From contig OX597836.1 in NCBI GenBank assembly GCA_951406725.2, forward strand, positions 25,606,001 through 25,670,000: a DNA stretch of 64,000 nucleotides. Direction: 5' to 3'. Both the position numbers and the translations under genes were made by a program. Shown piece by piece: positions 13,941 to 28,841 of this stretch; position 1 is the first letter of the stretch; each line of letters opens with the position of its first letter. The stretch comes from Octopus vulgaris (taxonomy: Eukaryota). The notes under the pieces were generated by a model. That model had not been told where the DNA came from and did not search any database. It saw only the letters and a program-made list of their open reading frames with translations.

Positions 13941-14307
13941 TACACACATGCATACACATACACATGCGCGCGCATGTACGTCATATACTGCTTGGAAATA
14001 ATTTCTCTTAAGAAACAGTGCATTTCATTTAGTCTAATCTTCAATACCAACCAGGATTTCGCGTTACGTCCATCAATTTTTCTCTTCGATTCTGTAGGCT
14101 CGTTAACAAAAGCGAAGGATAAATATGGAAACGGAAATGTAGAGGTGTGTATTAGTACTTAGAAGAAAATAAAAAACTTTTTATTCACTAACGATCTGTT
14201 TGAGGTCGTTCACATATGCCAAGTTATTTTCTTTTCGCCTTGGTTTCAGCGAATTCATATACAAACCTGAAGTTTCTCATATTGCTTATCGTAAGTATTA
14301 ACGCAAT

Positions 14308-14567
14308 GTGACGGGACGTAAACACACCAGCATCGGTTGTCAAGCAATGCTAGGGGGACAAACACAGACACACAAACACACACGCATATATATATATATA
14401 CATATATACGACAGGCTTCTTTCAGTTTCCGTCTACCAAATCCACTCACAAGGCTTTGGTCGGCCCGGGGCTATAGCAGAAGACATTTGCCCAAGATGCC
14501 ACACAGTGGGACTGAACCCGGAACCATGTGGTTGGTTAGCAAGCTACTTACCACACAGCCACTCCTG
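14308..14567 (-). mobile_element. SINE family B (CORE-like tRNA SINE)
   Basis: Minus strand gcaggagtggctgtgtggtaagtagcttgc...gggttcagtcccactg...cttgggcaaatgtcttctgctatagcc; near-identical to 26240-26628. Confidence 0.88.
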
Positions 14568-14589
14568 CCAAGTTATTTTCTTTTCGCCT

Positions 14590-16300
14590 TGATTTAGTCT
14601 CTATCCATCCAACAGCTAATTTCTTATTTTCTATTCGTACCTCCTTTAGTATCTTGCTAGCGATAAGCAACATACCAGCAGTTCCTCTTCATTACTTTTT
14701 GCATCCCTTCTGCTTCTCAAGCAATAGATTCGCCTTCTCCAGAAAGCCATACACTTCATCGGTTATATCGCTCATTGATAACTTCCAGTGCACGTAATAA
14801 GTCTATAAAGGCTGACTTTCCTTCTCTTTTCTTTGTCATCTTTCAAACTGTCTTTTCTTTTGCCATTCATGTTGGTGCTCCATTTTCTATAAACTTCATA
14901 AGAAACAGTTGCATATAGCTGTGCATGCTTGAGAGATTTTAAAGCCAGAATCCCTGAACACCGTCTGATTTGGTATCTTTTTAAGCATCATTTTTCAATT
15001 TCGCTTCAGTAATATTTGTATTCTCTAAGGTGACGAGCTGGCAGAATCGTTAGCGCACCGGGCGAAATACATAACACCATTTCATCCGTTCTGAGTTCAA
15101 ATTCCGCCGAAATCGACATTGCCTCTCACCTTTTTGGGGTCGATAAAATAAGTATTTGTTAAGTACTGGGGTCAATGTAATCGACTCATCCTCTCCCCTA
15201 AAACATTGCTGACCTTGAGCCCAAATCTGAAGCCAATATTTATTTTCTATTTCTCTGTTTTTCATTTTATTTTTCAATTTCCGAAATCAGCTCCTTTCCC
15301 TGCTACGTTGAACCTTTTTAGTTCCAGATTTCTGGCCTGAAGTTCCTTGCTTCTTCAGTATTTCGTACATCATTCTTATTGTTCAGCCGTTGACAAGATT
15401 TTCTTTCGTTGTTTCTGAAGAGTCTGTTCAGCTGTTATTTTGTTTTCTTTGCTGCACCTCTCTGTTTTACGATATTACTTTGATTTCTGGACTTATCTCT
15501 TCTTTATCCTCTGTGTCCCAATGTTATACATTCGTTCCTGTGTCTTTCTTTCCCCCATTGAATGCAATCATAGAATTTATTCATTCAAGATCTCTATTGA
15601 ACTGTTCATGCTGATTCCCAAATCTCCCTTCTCACCAGGGGTCTTTGTTCTTTTTCTTCTGCTCGACTTTTAATCCCAAGAATTTCTAAGCAGCAGAGGT
15701 CGCACAATATATGAGGTCATTTACATTTTCTCTTATAATCTCAACATTGAATTTCGTTTACAGCTCGTCCAAACTACTTTCACCACTTTTTCTCTTTCCA
15801 TTCCTCTCAAAGCTGGTAGTTTCGTTCTTTCACCATTTCACGCCTCATTTATTCATTGTTGTAAGCTCCTTTCTTTCTCTGTAAAATCGTTTTCTTCCAG
15901 AGAGTAAAACTCCTTTTCATCCCGGCTGCTATTTCTTTCCGATGTTCATTTATAACTCTTTTGTTCCATTTCTTATTCAATTTCCTCTTCTACACAGCCA
16001 TGTTCTTCTTTCTCTGTTCTGAGATAGCAATCGTCTTTTCATGATTAGATTCTCGGATCCAAAAGTCTTTATTTTGGGACACGAAACATAGCTTTCTCTA
16101 TGTATATTTTATGCATCCTGTTTCCTGTTATCCTACTTTAGCAGGTTCACTTCTGTAGTAACATTCCTTCACAATATTTTGGCATTTTCCCCACTAATTC
16201 ATCCTAATCCTTGCTGCAGTTATTGAATAACAACCAGACCCATCTTGCTACATAGAGATACACTTGCCGCACCAGAGACCGATACTTGAGGATCCAGTCC
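14590..16300 (-). pseudogene. Decayed R4/Dong-clade non-LTR retrotransposon (N-terminal region and start of RT), interrupted by a family A SINE at ~15028-15240
   Basis: Ordered minus-strand fragments MHKIYIEKAMF, TEEARNF..EIWN, LKKIPN..DGVQGFWL, DEVYGFLEKANLLLEKQKGCKK and RGTAGMLLIASKILKE..KKLAVGWIE match the R4/Dong pattern (GPDGVQGFWLK; LLPEEQKGC; RGTKDQLLID; LAMAWIDY). Confidence 0.8.
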
Positions 16301-16572
16301 CATAAATTTTGCTGTGATATTACATTGTATTTCAGAGGACTGTAGTGTTAAGATGTCTCAACGATTGAAGGCTTTCATCGAGACCCCATATCTAGGAGGC
16401 TGCCAGCGAAGGTATAAGAGATCCTATTCCACACTTGGTAGACCTAACGGCGCCGGGGCGAGCACAGTAGTTTATGGTCTCTGTATAATTATCATGAGCC
16501 GCTTCTACAGTGTACAATTGTTAGTTATAATGTATTGTACAATTATTTTGTAAATAGTATTACAACCCTTGT

Positions 16573-16858
16573 GGAGGCACATGGCCTAGTGGTTAGAGCA
16601 GCGGACTCACGGTTGAGGGACCGCGGGTTCGAATCTCAGACTGGGCTATGTGTGTGTTGATGAGCGAAACACCTAAGCTCCACCCGGCTCCAGCAGAAGG
16701 TAATGGCGAACTTCTGCTGACTCTTTCGCCACAACTTTCTCTCACTCTTTCCTCCTGCATATTGCAGCTCACCTGCAACGGACCGGCGTCCCATCTGGTG
16801 AGGAACCAATACGCCAAGAAAACCGGGAAACCAGGCGTGGCTCGAGAAGGAACAGACA
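16573..16858 (+). mobile_element. tRNA-derived SINE family C
   Basis: ggaggcacatggcctagtggttagagcagcggactc...gggttcgaatc (A and B boxes); related copies at 23594-24000 (+), 43735-44116 (-) and 51440-51770 (+). Confidence 0.85.
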
Positions 16859-16896
16859 ATTATGAACCTTCACTGTATGCTGAATGTAGAAAATAG

Positions 16897-17400
16897 ACGA
16901 TTATATCGACCCCAGTGCGTAACTGGTACTTAATTTATCGACCCCGAAAGGATGAAAAGCAAAGTGGACCTCGGCAGAATTTGAACTCAGAACGTAACGG
17001 CAGCTAAGCATTTCGCCTGGCGTGCTAACGTTTCTGGCAGCTCGCCGCCTTCTAAACACTCACAACACTCGGTCTGGGCATCGAAACCGCGATCCTACGA
17101 CCGCGAGTCCGCTGCTCTAACTACTGAGCTATCGCACCTCCTCAAAGGAAGAGTCTGCGGAATTTAAACTCAGAACATAAAGACAGACGAAATACCTATT
17201 TCTTTAATACCCACAAGGGGCGAAACACAGAGAGGACAAACAAGGACTGACAAACGGATTAAGTCGATTACATCGACCCCAGTGCGTAACTGGTACTTAA
17301 TTTATCGACCCCGAAAGGATGAAAGGTAAAGTCGACCTCGGCGGAATTTGAACTCAGAACGTAAAGACAGACGAAACACCGCTATGCATTTCACCCGGGA
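16897..17400 (-). mobile_element. Cluster of family A SINEs plus a family C head (~17055-17142)
   Basis: Repeated atcgaccccagtgcgtaactggtacttaatttatcgaccccgaaaggatgaaag blocks. Confidence 0.85.
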
Positions 17401-17675
17401 ATAGACTGAAAGATTAAAAAAGCCTAAAGAAATGTTGGGAGACAAAAATGTGACAATTCGGTCAAATATTGGGTTGGAACATTGGAAAATTTAGTGGCGG
17501 GCACGGTTAGAGGGTATTTTACAAACTATTCTCACGGCATTTCGTGTCTATCATACGTAGGTCGTGAATATAAAACCAACCTTCGAGAACTTACTATAAT
17601 CTAATTTAACAATTTGTATTATGATACCAACAAAGGTACACCCGAACATCCAATCCACACACACACACACGCACA

Positions 17676-17707
<32 letters not shown>

Positions 17708-17735
17708 TACACACACACACATACACACACACACA

Positions 17736-17769
<34 letters not shown>

Positions 17770-18102
17770 AGCACACACTCACACCTCACACACGCATATA
17801 AGATATATAAAGTCAATGTGACCGCGGAAAAATGTCACATCAACGCCCTAGAGGGACCGTTCTTCCTGTATTTTATAGGTCAAACAGTTCCTTGTTGTAG
17901 GTTTTGTAAATAACCCAGTTGCCCAGTCATATAGGCGCCCTGTCGTTGGCGAGTGTCACTTCTGGAAATGATGGTGATCCAACGATGTCTTTTAGACATT
18001 AAATCTAACGTTCGGAGAAATAATTCGTTGTTTCGTCAGAATTTGCTTTCAATGACTGTTTGGTTTGATATGTATAGTAGTTCATTTCTGTCTGTCTGTC
18101 TA

Positions 18103-18147
<45 letters not shown>

Positions 18148-18411
18148 ATGTATGTATGTATGTATGTATGTATGTATGTATGTACGTATGTATGTATGTA
18201 TGTATGTATGCATGTATGTATGCATCTGTGTATGTATGCATGTATGTATGTTTGAATGTATGTTTATATATGTATATATTTCATTATTCAGTTTGTTTCA
18301 AGATTGCTTGCCAATAGTGAAAGAACCGGTTTCTAACCTAGATCCAAGGCTCCTTCATTGGAATTTCAACATCAACAACAAGATATTTTTGTAGGTATGT
18401 ATGTATGTATG

Positions 18412-18632
18412 TTGGTCAGATTTGCATGTTTTATGTACGTATTCTCATGCATATAGTTGCCCATATATATATAAATGATAAACTTCTGGAAAGTTTTACA
18501 GATTTTTACAATTCCTGTGATTGATTGGATCTGTAGTCTTCGAATTAGCTTTCTCCTTTCTACTTTTGAGAAGCCTAATTTCTCAAGATTGATATTTAGG
18601 CAGTGTGTTACATATCCTAGGGCCCCAATATG
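18412..18632 (-). mobile_element. 3' end of an R4/Dong-type non-LTR element abutting (TACA)n
   Basis: IGALGYVTHCLNINLEKLGF...LQIQSITGIVKICKTF, homologous to the 53300-53792 fragment. Confidence 0.75.
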
Positions 18633-18923
18633 CACACACAAGCACACACATGTATATAAACGATAGGCTTCTTTTAGCTTCCGTCCACCTAATCCACTCA
18701 CAAGGCTTTGGTCGGCGCGAGGCTATAGTAACAGACACTTGCCCAAGGTGCCATACTGTGAGAGTGAACTCGGAACCATATGGTTGGTAAGCAAGCTACT
18801 TACCACACAGCCATGCCTATCTATATTTCTATATACGAGCACACACACGCAATTGTACCCGCGTTTGACACATGTTCTTTTACTGGCTTCAAGATGTTTC
18901 ACGAAATAAACATAATGGTGGTC

Positions 18924-18974
<51 letters not shown>

Positions 18975-19266
18975 ACGACGGTGCTTAATGAAAATGGTAG
19001 AGGTTGTGTGGGGTAACTGCGGAAGGTGACAGTGATGGCATTGGCAACGGTCGTGGTGGACGGCGAAGGTGGTGGAGGAGCTTCTAGTTGCAGGATCTGT
19101 ACATAAATATACGAGATATGTGGATACATTCCTTTTGATGTTTATTGATAATAGGAACCAGGAAGAAGAGCCAATTCGAAACATTTGCATAAACTCTATT
19201 TACCATAACTCATATAAATAAATGATAACGTCTGCAGGTACATACATGTGTGTGTTTGTATGTATG

Positions 19267-19332
<66 letters not shown>

Positions 19333-19427
19333 CATAAATATATGTATACATACATATATATATATATATGTAAACATTTATATATATGTATATGTATACA
19401 TATACATGTACATATGTACATACATAT

Positions 19428-19471
<44 letters not shown>

Positions 19472-20302
19472 TTATTTATTTATTTATTTATGTATACACA
19501 CAAATGCATCGTGTAGGTACGTTCAGTTGATGTCATACCTTATACCATGTAATTTCATCTATATGTATGTATGTATATATGTATGTATGTATATATATAT
19601 GTGTATGTATATGTGTATGTATGTGTCTGTATGTACGTACGCATGTATGAATGTATGTATGGGTGTCTCTACGTATGTATATATATGTATGTATATGTGT
19701 ATGTGTGTATATGTATGTATGCATGTATATACCTATATACTTATTTATGCATATATGTATATAGCGTAAAATATACATAATATATACACATATAATACAT
19801 ATCTCTAATTATATATGTCCGTGCATGTATGTATATATATATATACATGATCTATACGTGTAGTATGTATATATGATACACACACACACTAATATAAGTG
19901 CGTATTTATATATATCTGTATATATCATAAAGCATGTGTGTAACAGTGCGTGTGTAATCATGTATATATATTTACACACACGTGTATATGAGTGCCTGCG
20001 TGTGTCGGTGTGCAGTTGTGTTTACAAATATATATATATATATATATATCCATATCGTGTAGTTTCAATTTATGCGATATAGATATTCATAGGTTTATCA
20101 GGGAAATTTTTACCGTGAGATATATATTACCCATGTGTGTGTGTGTCATGTATGTATATATAAATATGTATGTGTGTTTTTATGTATATATGTATATATG
20201 TATGAATGTATGTGTGTGTGTATGTGTGTATATAATAGATTCACTTGTCACGAAGTTATCAAACGCTACATAGATATAGACGTTTAGTCATGTATGTATA
20301 TT

Positions 20303-20370
<68 letters not shown>

Positions 20371-20565
20371 TATATTTACACACACACACACACATATATG
20401 TATATATACACACACATACATATATGACCATGTATTCATATGCAGACATATTCTAAGTGTCTTGTATAAATATGTATGCACACAAGCTCATGATAATTTT
20501 AGTAGAGAATGTTCTGTTTAGTATATCTAAGAATGACACGTATACATATATACATGTGCATGCAC

Positions 20566-20611
<46 letters not shown>

Positions 20612-21175
20612 GCACGAACACATATGTATGTGTGCATGTGTATACGCTTCATGCAAATATGTTTATATCAGCTAAGTATCAGAATAATTTTCGTTATCGT
20701 TTATGGAATATGTATATGAGCATAGCATGTATATATCTTAAAATGTGCAGGTATATAGATAAATTCGTACACGCACACACACGCAAACGCACACTCACAC
20801 ACGCACGCATACACACACACACGCACGCGCACTCACACACACACACACACACACATACACACACACACACACACATATATATATATGTTTGTGTGTTTGC
20901 ATACACAAGTGTGTACATATCTAATGGCGTTCTGTTCTTATTAGTTCAGCCATCTTAAGAGCATTGTATTTATATACATCTAAATGTACATACGTATGCA
21001 TGTATGTATGTTGTTGTATACGTTCTTACAAATGTTTATTTTTGTTTCATTATATATTTCTTGTTGTCTATATTTTTTAAAAATAAACTTTTTGGTTGTG
21101 TTTCTTCGTATATCCACATATTTTTGTTTCTATTTATCGAATTATCGATTCATCCATTTGCTCATTCGTATCACC

Positions 21176-21219
<44 letters not shown>

Positions 21220-21311
21220 CATATAATCTATATATCTATTTATTTCTATATCTTCTATACCTGTCACAGCTTCTTAGCCGTCCCTCTCTCTCTCTCTCTC
21301 TTTGTATAATG

Positions 21312-21350
<39 letters not shown>

Positions 21351-21532
21351 ATACATATGTATATACATATGTGTGTGCAATTATCTAATCACATCCACTC
21401 TTACACACACGTGCGTGCGCACGCACGTAACCAAAATCCGTGTAATTGAATTTAGAAAAGTATACGCGCTTTTCTACATACGTTTATGCATATATGCTCG
21501 TATGCTTGAATATATGTTAGTATATATATGAA

Positions 21533-21677
<145 letters not shown>

Positions 21678-21972
21678 CTCTCTCGCTCTCTCTCACTCTC
21701 TATTTATATATATATATATATATATATACATACACACACATACACGAACATATATGTATTTTATGCCTCACTTACTACTTGTTTCTGTTGCTAAACTGCG
21801 GCCGCGGTGGGGCACCTCGCCGCCAGATGATTCGAACCCCAGTATCTATTTTTCCTTAACCTGGTACTTATTCTGTTGGTTTTGTTTGCCGAACCGTTAA
21901 GTTTCGGGGCCGTAAAGAGGCCGGTATTTGTCAAGTGGTAGTATAGGACAAACACAAGCACAAAGACACACA

Positions 21973-22096
<124 letters not shown>

Positions 22097-22097
22097 G

Positions 22098-22155
<58 letters not shown>

Positions 22156-22445
22156 TCTCTCTCTTTCTTTCTCACTCTCTCTCTCTCCCTCACATTCATA
22201 CACACACATATGCACACACGCACACACACACAGATATAAGACGGGTTTCTTTCAGTTTCCGTGCATCAGTTCTATTTGAAAGTGTTTGGTCGGCCAGAGG
22301 CGATAGTAGAAGGAACCTCGCAGTGGGACTGAACTCCGAACCATGGGGTCGGGGAGCCAGATTCTTACCCCACACGAGAATGTGATGATGACGCATATGC
22401 AAAGGGATTCGTTAGATACTTGTGTGTTTGTTTGTGAATGGGTGC

Positions 22446-22487
<42 letters not shown>

Positions 22488-22559
22488 GTGTGTGTACGTC
22501 TGTGTGTTGCTGTAGCTAAATGGGTCAATCATCGTTAGCTAGAGACGAGCCAGGGGCTG

Positions 22560-22890
22560 AAGGAAGGAAGAAGAAGAAGAAGAAGAAGAAGAAGAAGAAA
22601 AAGAAGAATAAAAAAGGAGAAGAAGAAGAAGAAGAAGAAGAAGGAGAGAAGGAGAAGAACAGAAGAGAAGAAGTAGAAGAAGAAAAAGAAGAAGAAGAAG
22701 AAGAAGAAGAAGAAGAAGAAGAAGAAAAAGGAGAAGAAGAAGAAGAAGAAGAAGAGAAGGAGAAGAAGAAGAAGAAGAAGAAGAGAAGGAGAAGAGAAGA
22801 AGTAGAAGAAGAAAAAGAAGAAGAAAAGGAAGAAAAAGAAGAAGAAGAAGAAGAAGAAGAAGAAGAAGAAGAAGAAGAAGAAGAAAGAAA
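22560..22890. repeat. Polypurine (GAA)n-rich tract
   Basis: About 330 bp of almost pure A/G with an internal duplicated block. Confidence 0.95.
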
Positions 22891-23593
22891 AGACGGGGGT
22901 GGGTGGGTGTCATTGTAACTGAAGAGAATGTTGGTTTATGGGATAAGTTGAGAAGAGAGAAGTTCTAGCTCCAAGTCCAGTCTCGTCGGAATGATTAATT
23001 GATTGCTTGATTGAGTGATTGATTGATTGATTGATTTGTTGAATAATCAATTGATTGATTGGTCATTGATTGATCGATTCTTTGGCTGTTAGTTTGGTCG
23101 ATCGATTCAATGATCGATTGGCCGATTGACCAATAGCTCGACTGTTTGATTGATGGAATAATTGATTGATTGATTGATTAATCGATTGATTTATCCCATG
23201 ATAAAGCAAACTTTTGAGATCAAATCCCACCCAATTATATATGATCGATCTATCGATTTATTTAGTAGCAGTGTGAAAATATTTTATGATTCATTGATTA
23301 CCAATTCCGAAATATCTCCAGTAATATTTATTGTTGTTGTAGTTGTTATCGCTGTGTTGATAAACCCCAGGTCGGCCTTCATCAAACAATCTTAAGATCA
23401 AAAAGACCTCCATCCGTGGCCATCATAAGAAAACACTCTTTTACTCTACCTTATCGTCTAAAGTCAAGAAAAGACACATTGGCTACTGCATTTCTATAGC
23501 TCCATTCCTATAAAAAATGGACAGCCACGGATGGCATATACTTCATCTTATATATGTTCCATAAAGCACCTGAAGTTAAACAACAGCAGAAGT

Positions 23594-24000
23594 GGAGGCG
23601 CAATGGCCCAGTGGTTAGGGCATCGGACTCGCACTCAGAGGATCGCGGTTTCGATTCCCAGACCGAGCGTTGTGTGTGTTTATTGAGCGAAAACACCTAA
23701 AGCTCCACGAGGCTCCGGTAGGGGGTGGGTGTCGACCCCTGTTGTACTCTTTCGCTCCAACTTTCTCTCACTCTTTCTTCCTGTTTCTTGTCCTCGACTT
23801 CCTACGCAACTGCTGAGCCTGGATGCGCATTATGCGCATTCATCCATCCGTCGATGCTCTCGGTGTCAGGGGTTGACCTGCTTTCTCTTCTCTTCTGCGG
23901 GTCTTACGAATAGCAAAAGAACCACGTTTCGGACTTCTCCCACTACAGACGCGATCCTGAGGCGCGATCTTGCCAGCTCTGGGACGAAGACCGCTTCGCT
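23594..24000 (+). mobile_element. SINE family C, long copy ending in (AAAC)n
   Basis: Head ggaggcgcaatggcccagtggttaggg...ggtttcgattccc; tail caacaaacaaacaaac. Confidence 0.85.
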
Positions 24001-24683
24001 CAACAAACAAACAAACAAACAAACGACAGCAGCAGCAACAATGGCGGTGACAACAACTTCGATAATATCGGCGCCATACCAAAGATCTTCACGGCGACAT
24101 CTTAAGTAAGCTCCACCTAAAACACAAACTCATATCTATGTCAGTTAATAAGTATTTAGCGATTATTGATGGCCAAAGTTATTTGAATTTTTATTAGGGA
24201 TGCTTGTACGGAAAGAACCCAGCAACTTCATTGATATTCAAGTTTCTCTCTTGTTTATTGGCTGCCGTGAATACATAGAGGACATTATCACCGAATTATA
24301 TCGTATTTAAGTGTTCTCTGGAAATTCTTCCACATAAATGTCTCACAATATAAAATACACTGAGCGACACCTCACCCCAAACCTACCATCCTCGGCTCTC
24401 AGTCATATCTCATCATACACAGTTTATAGCGTTAAGCTTAATCCAGCTAAACCTAATACTCGCGCAGATATACACATAAGCGCCATACACACGCGCGCGC
24501 ACGTACGAACGCACACACACACATGTATGTATGTATATGCACAGACACATACACACGCTCACACATTTACATACACGCACATATATACATGCATTCGTAC
24601 ATATAAACCATGCCATGCGCTTTCATACACGCGCACACACACACATGTATAAACATAATATCATATTATCATATAAACATAAT

Positions 24684-24722
<39 letters not shown>

Positions 24723-24766
24723 TATTTACATTTGACAGATATTTGTCCTCATCTTGTTTGTTGTTA

Positions 24767-24810
24767 GTACAACGTTTCGGCTGATATACCTTCCAGCCTT
24801 CACCAGGTGT
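24767..24810 (-). ncRNA. Variant minimal type I hammerhead motif
   Basis: acac-CUGGUGA-A-GGCUG(10 nt)CAGCC-GAAAC-GUU-gtac. The core has A6G and stem I is partly eroded. Confidence 0.55.
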
Positions 24811-24860
24811 CTTGGGGAAATTTCGAACCTGGATTCTCATTCCCAAGGTATTTTTCGATG

Positions 24861-24891
<31 letters not shown>

Positions 24892-25270
24892 TATTTTTTA
24901 TTATTATTATTATTATTATTAATTATTATTAATATTATAGAGGTCACTGCCTAGAATCGAACTTGGAATTTTGGAGTTAGTAGCCCGTGCTCTTAACCAC
25001 TACGCCATATGCCCGTGGTAAGAAAAGCGTGAGTGAGTGTGTGTGTCGTTTGTATGTATGCATAATATAATAAAGCATAATATTATATTATCTTTTGTTA
25101 CATTAGCCTATATTAACAGGCGGTGAGCTGGCGCAGTTGTTAGCACGCTGGGCAGAATGCTTAACGGCATTTCGTTCGTCTACGTTCAGTGCCCGCTCCT
25201 CTGAAATTGCTGGCCTTGTGCTAAATTTTGAGACCAAGGATATACATACATACATACATACATACATACA

Positions 25271-25342
<72 letters not shown>

Positions 25343-25522
25343 TGAGAAATTTGGTGTGTGAAAGCACGTGGTTGAATATATAGAAAATAGTAAAAAGTGA
25401 AAAAACTACAGAAGGCTGTATGAAAAAAATTTATAACATTCTTCTGACATAATGACTCAAATATATATTTTTTAACCTTTTCAAACAAGCCTTCTGTAGT
25501 TTTTTCACTTTTTACTATCTTC

Positions 25523-25574
<52 letters not shown>

Positions 25575-25924
25575 GGGATGGTTTAATGTGGCTTGCGAGC
25601 CACTTGCAACCCTTTATACGGCTCTTTGATGGTTGATAAATGTGACTCATGGAAATCTGTTGACTGAGCTTTCTTTTTATCACAGTTAGTATAAAAGTTA
25701 TTTTAGGGGTCATCAATATAGAGTTGTGTTGACAGCTTTTCTTACCTTTGCCGAAAGGAGGAACTGCCTTCCCCAGCTATTTCACATGAACCCGAACATA
25801 AATCGTAAGGGATTTTTTAAATCTGTGTCCCCTCTATTTTAGTTTTGGGCCGTCTGACGTGTTTTTCTGGGTTTTTTTTTTATCACGTGTTCCATTCAAG
25901 TTGTTTTCAGGTGTATATAAGATA

Positions 25925-26125
25925 TGGGGGCTGAAAATTTCCTGGCCTTGGGTACAAAAAAAAGGTATAAGAGGATAAGTTAATCAATTTGATTTTATTC
26001 AACATATTACCCGCCCAGATTCACACACTTTTTCTAAGCCCTATAAAAGAACTCGTAATGTTGGGCCTCCACCTAGGCCTTTCGCGACACCCTTAAAGCC
26101 AGGAACTTTTCAGTACCCCCTCGTA
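25925..26125. mobile_element. Tc1/mariner-type MITE (second copy ~47290-47510)
   Basis: TIR-like ggggg(t)gctgaaaa(g)ttcctggc ... gccaggaacttttcagtaccccctcgta ending in TA; the internal sequence (ttattcaaca...cagattcacacactt) is shared by both copies. Confidence 0.75.
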
Positions 26126-26239
26126 AGTGTACTTCGTCTGTTTATAGTATGTAATTTTCTACTCTTTCTTTGAAAATGCGTTTCATTGTTTCATACACAC
26201 TTGAAAGTATCAACAAATGAGAAATTTCATTTGATACTC

Positions 26240-26628
26240 TTTTACTCTTTTACTTGTTTCAGTCATTTGACTGCGGCCATGCTGGAGCACCGCCTTTAAT
26301 CAAGCAACTCGACCCTGGGACTTATTCTTTTGTAAGCCCAGTACTTATTCTATCGGTCTCTTTTGCCGAACCGCTAAGTGACGGGGACGTAAACACACCA
26401 GCATCGGTTGTCAAGCAATGCTAGGGGGACAAACACAGACACACACACTTATATATATACATATATACGACAGGCTTCTTTCAGTTTCCGTCTACCAAAT
26501 CCACTCACAAGGCATTGGTCGGCCCGGGGCTATAGCAGAAGACACTTGCCCATGATGCCACGCAGTGGGACTGAACCCGGAACCATGTGGTTGGTTAGCA
26601 AGCTACTTACCACACAGCCACTCCTGCG
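26240..26628 (-). mobile_element. Near full-length SINE family B
   Basis: Head to tail ...gcatggccgcagtcaaatgactgaaacaagtaaaagagtaaaagag; other copies at ~18640-18818, 21790-22375, 36710-36875, 42059-42435, 42510-42860 and 61660-62250. Confidence 0.9.
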
Positions 26629-26924
26629 ATGTCTCTTTTGGTTTTATCTTTCATTACTTGTCGCATTTCTTGTTAACTGCTTGGAAGGATATTGATATGA
26701 TTTATTAACTCTGTAATCCATAGTATTTTAAGACGGTGAGCAGGCAGATTCGTTGCTTAGCCGAATTTCGTCCGTCTTTACGTTCTTAGTTCGAGGTCGA
26801 TTTTACCTTTCATTCTTTCGGGGTCGATAAAATAAGTACCAGTTAAGCACTGAGGTCGATGTAATCAACTTACGCCCTCCCATTGAAATTCCTGGCCTTG
26901 TGCCAAAGTTTAAAACTAATAATC

Positions 26925-27480
26925 AGTGTCAGTGGCGGTTCCAGAAATTCCAAGCTGGAGACTGTAGCTTAGAATACGAGCCTCGTCCTGGAAGATCTGT
27001 AGAGCTCGACGAGGTCGGACTGATGGGACAAATTCCCATCGTAGCTGTTGAGAAACTAGCAGAGAGGATTGGATTTGGTCATTCAACCATTCATCGACAC
27101 CTGCACTAGAAGAAAAACAACCATCTTTGCTTTCAAGAAGAAAGGTGTTCTTCCATCAGGATAATGCTCGGCCACATACAGCGAAGATGACGTTCCAAAA
27201 GCTGGAGCAGTTTGAATGGGAAACAATGCCCCACCCACCATATTCGCCGGACATTGCTCAATCTGATTATCAATTATCCCCCAGTCTTCAAAATCATTTG
27301 GATGGGAAAAATTGAATTCTGTAGACGAGGTCAAACAGTGCTGGATGTGTATTTTTCGTCAGGGACAAGTGAAGTTTGGAAGAGAGGCCTTGCAAGTATA
27401 CCAGACAGATGGAAGAGCATTGTAGAAAATGAAAGAGAGTATATTTTAGATGTAAAAAGAACCTTGTTTATCTTAATCAA
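26925..27480 (+). pseudogene. Internally deleted mariner (DD34D-type) transposase relic
   Basis: [52 protein letters not shown] and [14 protein letters not shown] are mariner/SETMAR-type motifs, with frameshifts and stops. Confidence 0.9.
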
Positions 27481-27602
27481 TATATATATGTATGTGTGTA
27501 TATATGTACCTATATATATATATATATATATATATAACACATTACATATATGTATATCTATCACTCTATCTATCTATCTATCTATATATATATATATATA
27601 TA

Positions 27603-27668
<66 letters not shown>

Positions 27669-27991
27669 CATTTGTGTGTCCTTGTGTTTATACACACACA
27701 CACACATATGTGCATATGTGTGTGTGTGTATGTGTGTATCTATGTATTGTATGTGTGTATGTATGAATGTATGTACGCATGTATGTATTATATGTATTGT
27801 ATGTACGTGTGTATGTATGTATGTACATTGAATGAAGCCAGACAGACTTATTAGGGTTTCGGCAGTAAACATTGCAATAAAGAAATGAAGAAACGTGGCG
27901 AATCTGTCAAAGATTGAAATGAAGTTTATTAAAATGAATATGAAAATATCAAGTAAAATGTGGAAGCTACACCGGAGACACCACTACTACT

Positions 27992-28071
<80 letters not shown>

Positions 28072-28294
28072 CACTACTACGTCGACGACGACGAGAAGGG
28101 GTGAATGTAGGCGTGACATTTTGAATAGATACGAGGGACATAAGTGTTGGCAAAACTAATTGATGCCGTCAAACATCAAACATCAGATTTGAAGATATAC
28201 ACTAACGGATTGTAATGATGAAGAGGTGTTGACAGACGTTGTCATTTAGGCTATGTCAGTACCACAGAGACACACCTCTACGCACATATATCTA

Positions 28295-28437
28295 TTCAAA
28301 TACATATGTATATATGTATATGTATATATGTATATGTATATATGTATATGTATATATGTATATGTATATATGTATATATGTATATATGTATATATGTATA
28401 TATGTATATATATATATGTATATACATACATATATAT

Positions 28438-28496
<59 letters not shown>

Positions 28497-28497
28497 C

Positions 28498-28530
<33 letters not shown>

Positions 28531-28552
28531 TATATGTATATACATATATATG

Positions 28553-28587
<35 letters not shown>

Positions 28588-28588
28588 G

Positions 28589-28636
<48 letters not shown>

Positions 28637-28653
28637 TATATGTATATACATAC

Positions 28654-28693
<40 letters not shown>

Positions 28694-28694
28694 G

Positions 28695-28727
<33 letters not shown>

Positions 28728-28728
28728 G

Positions 28729-28791
<63 letters not shown>

Positions 28792-28792
28792 G

Positions 28793-28841
<49 letters not shown>

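Noticed and set aside
22520-22918. Glu/Lys-rich 132-aa ORF
   Set aside because: Translation of a (GAA)n tract; no splice or homology evidence.
23594-23670. tRNA genes at SINE heads
   Set aside because: A and B boxes are present, but there is no complete cloverleaf and each continues into a shared SINE body.
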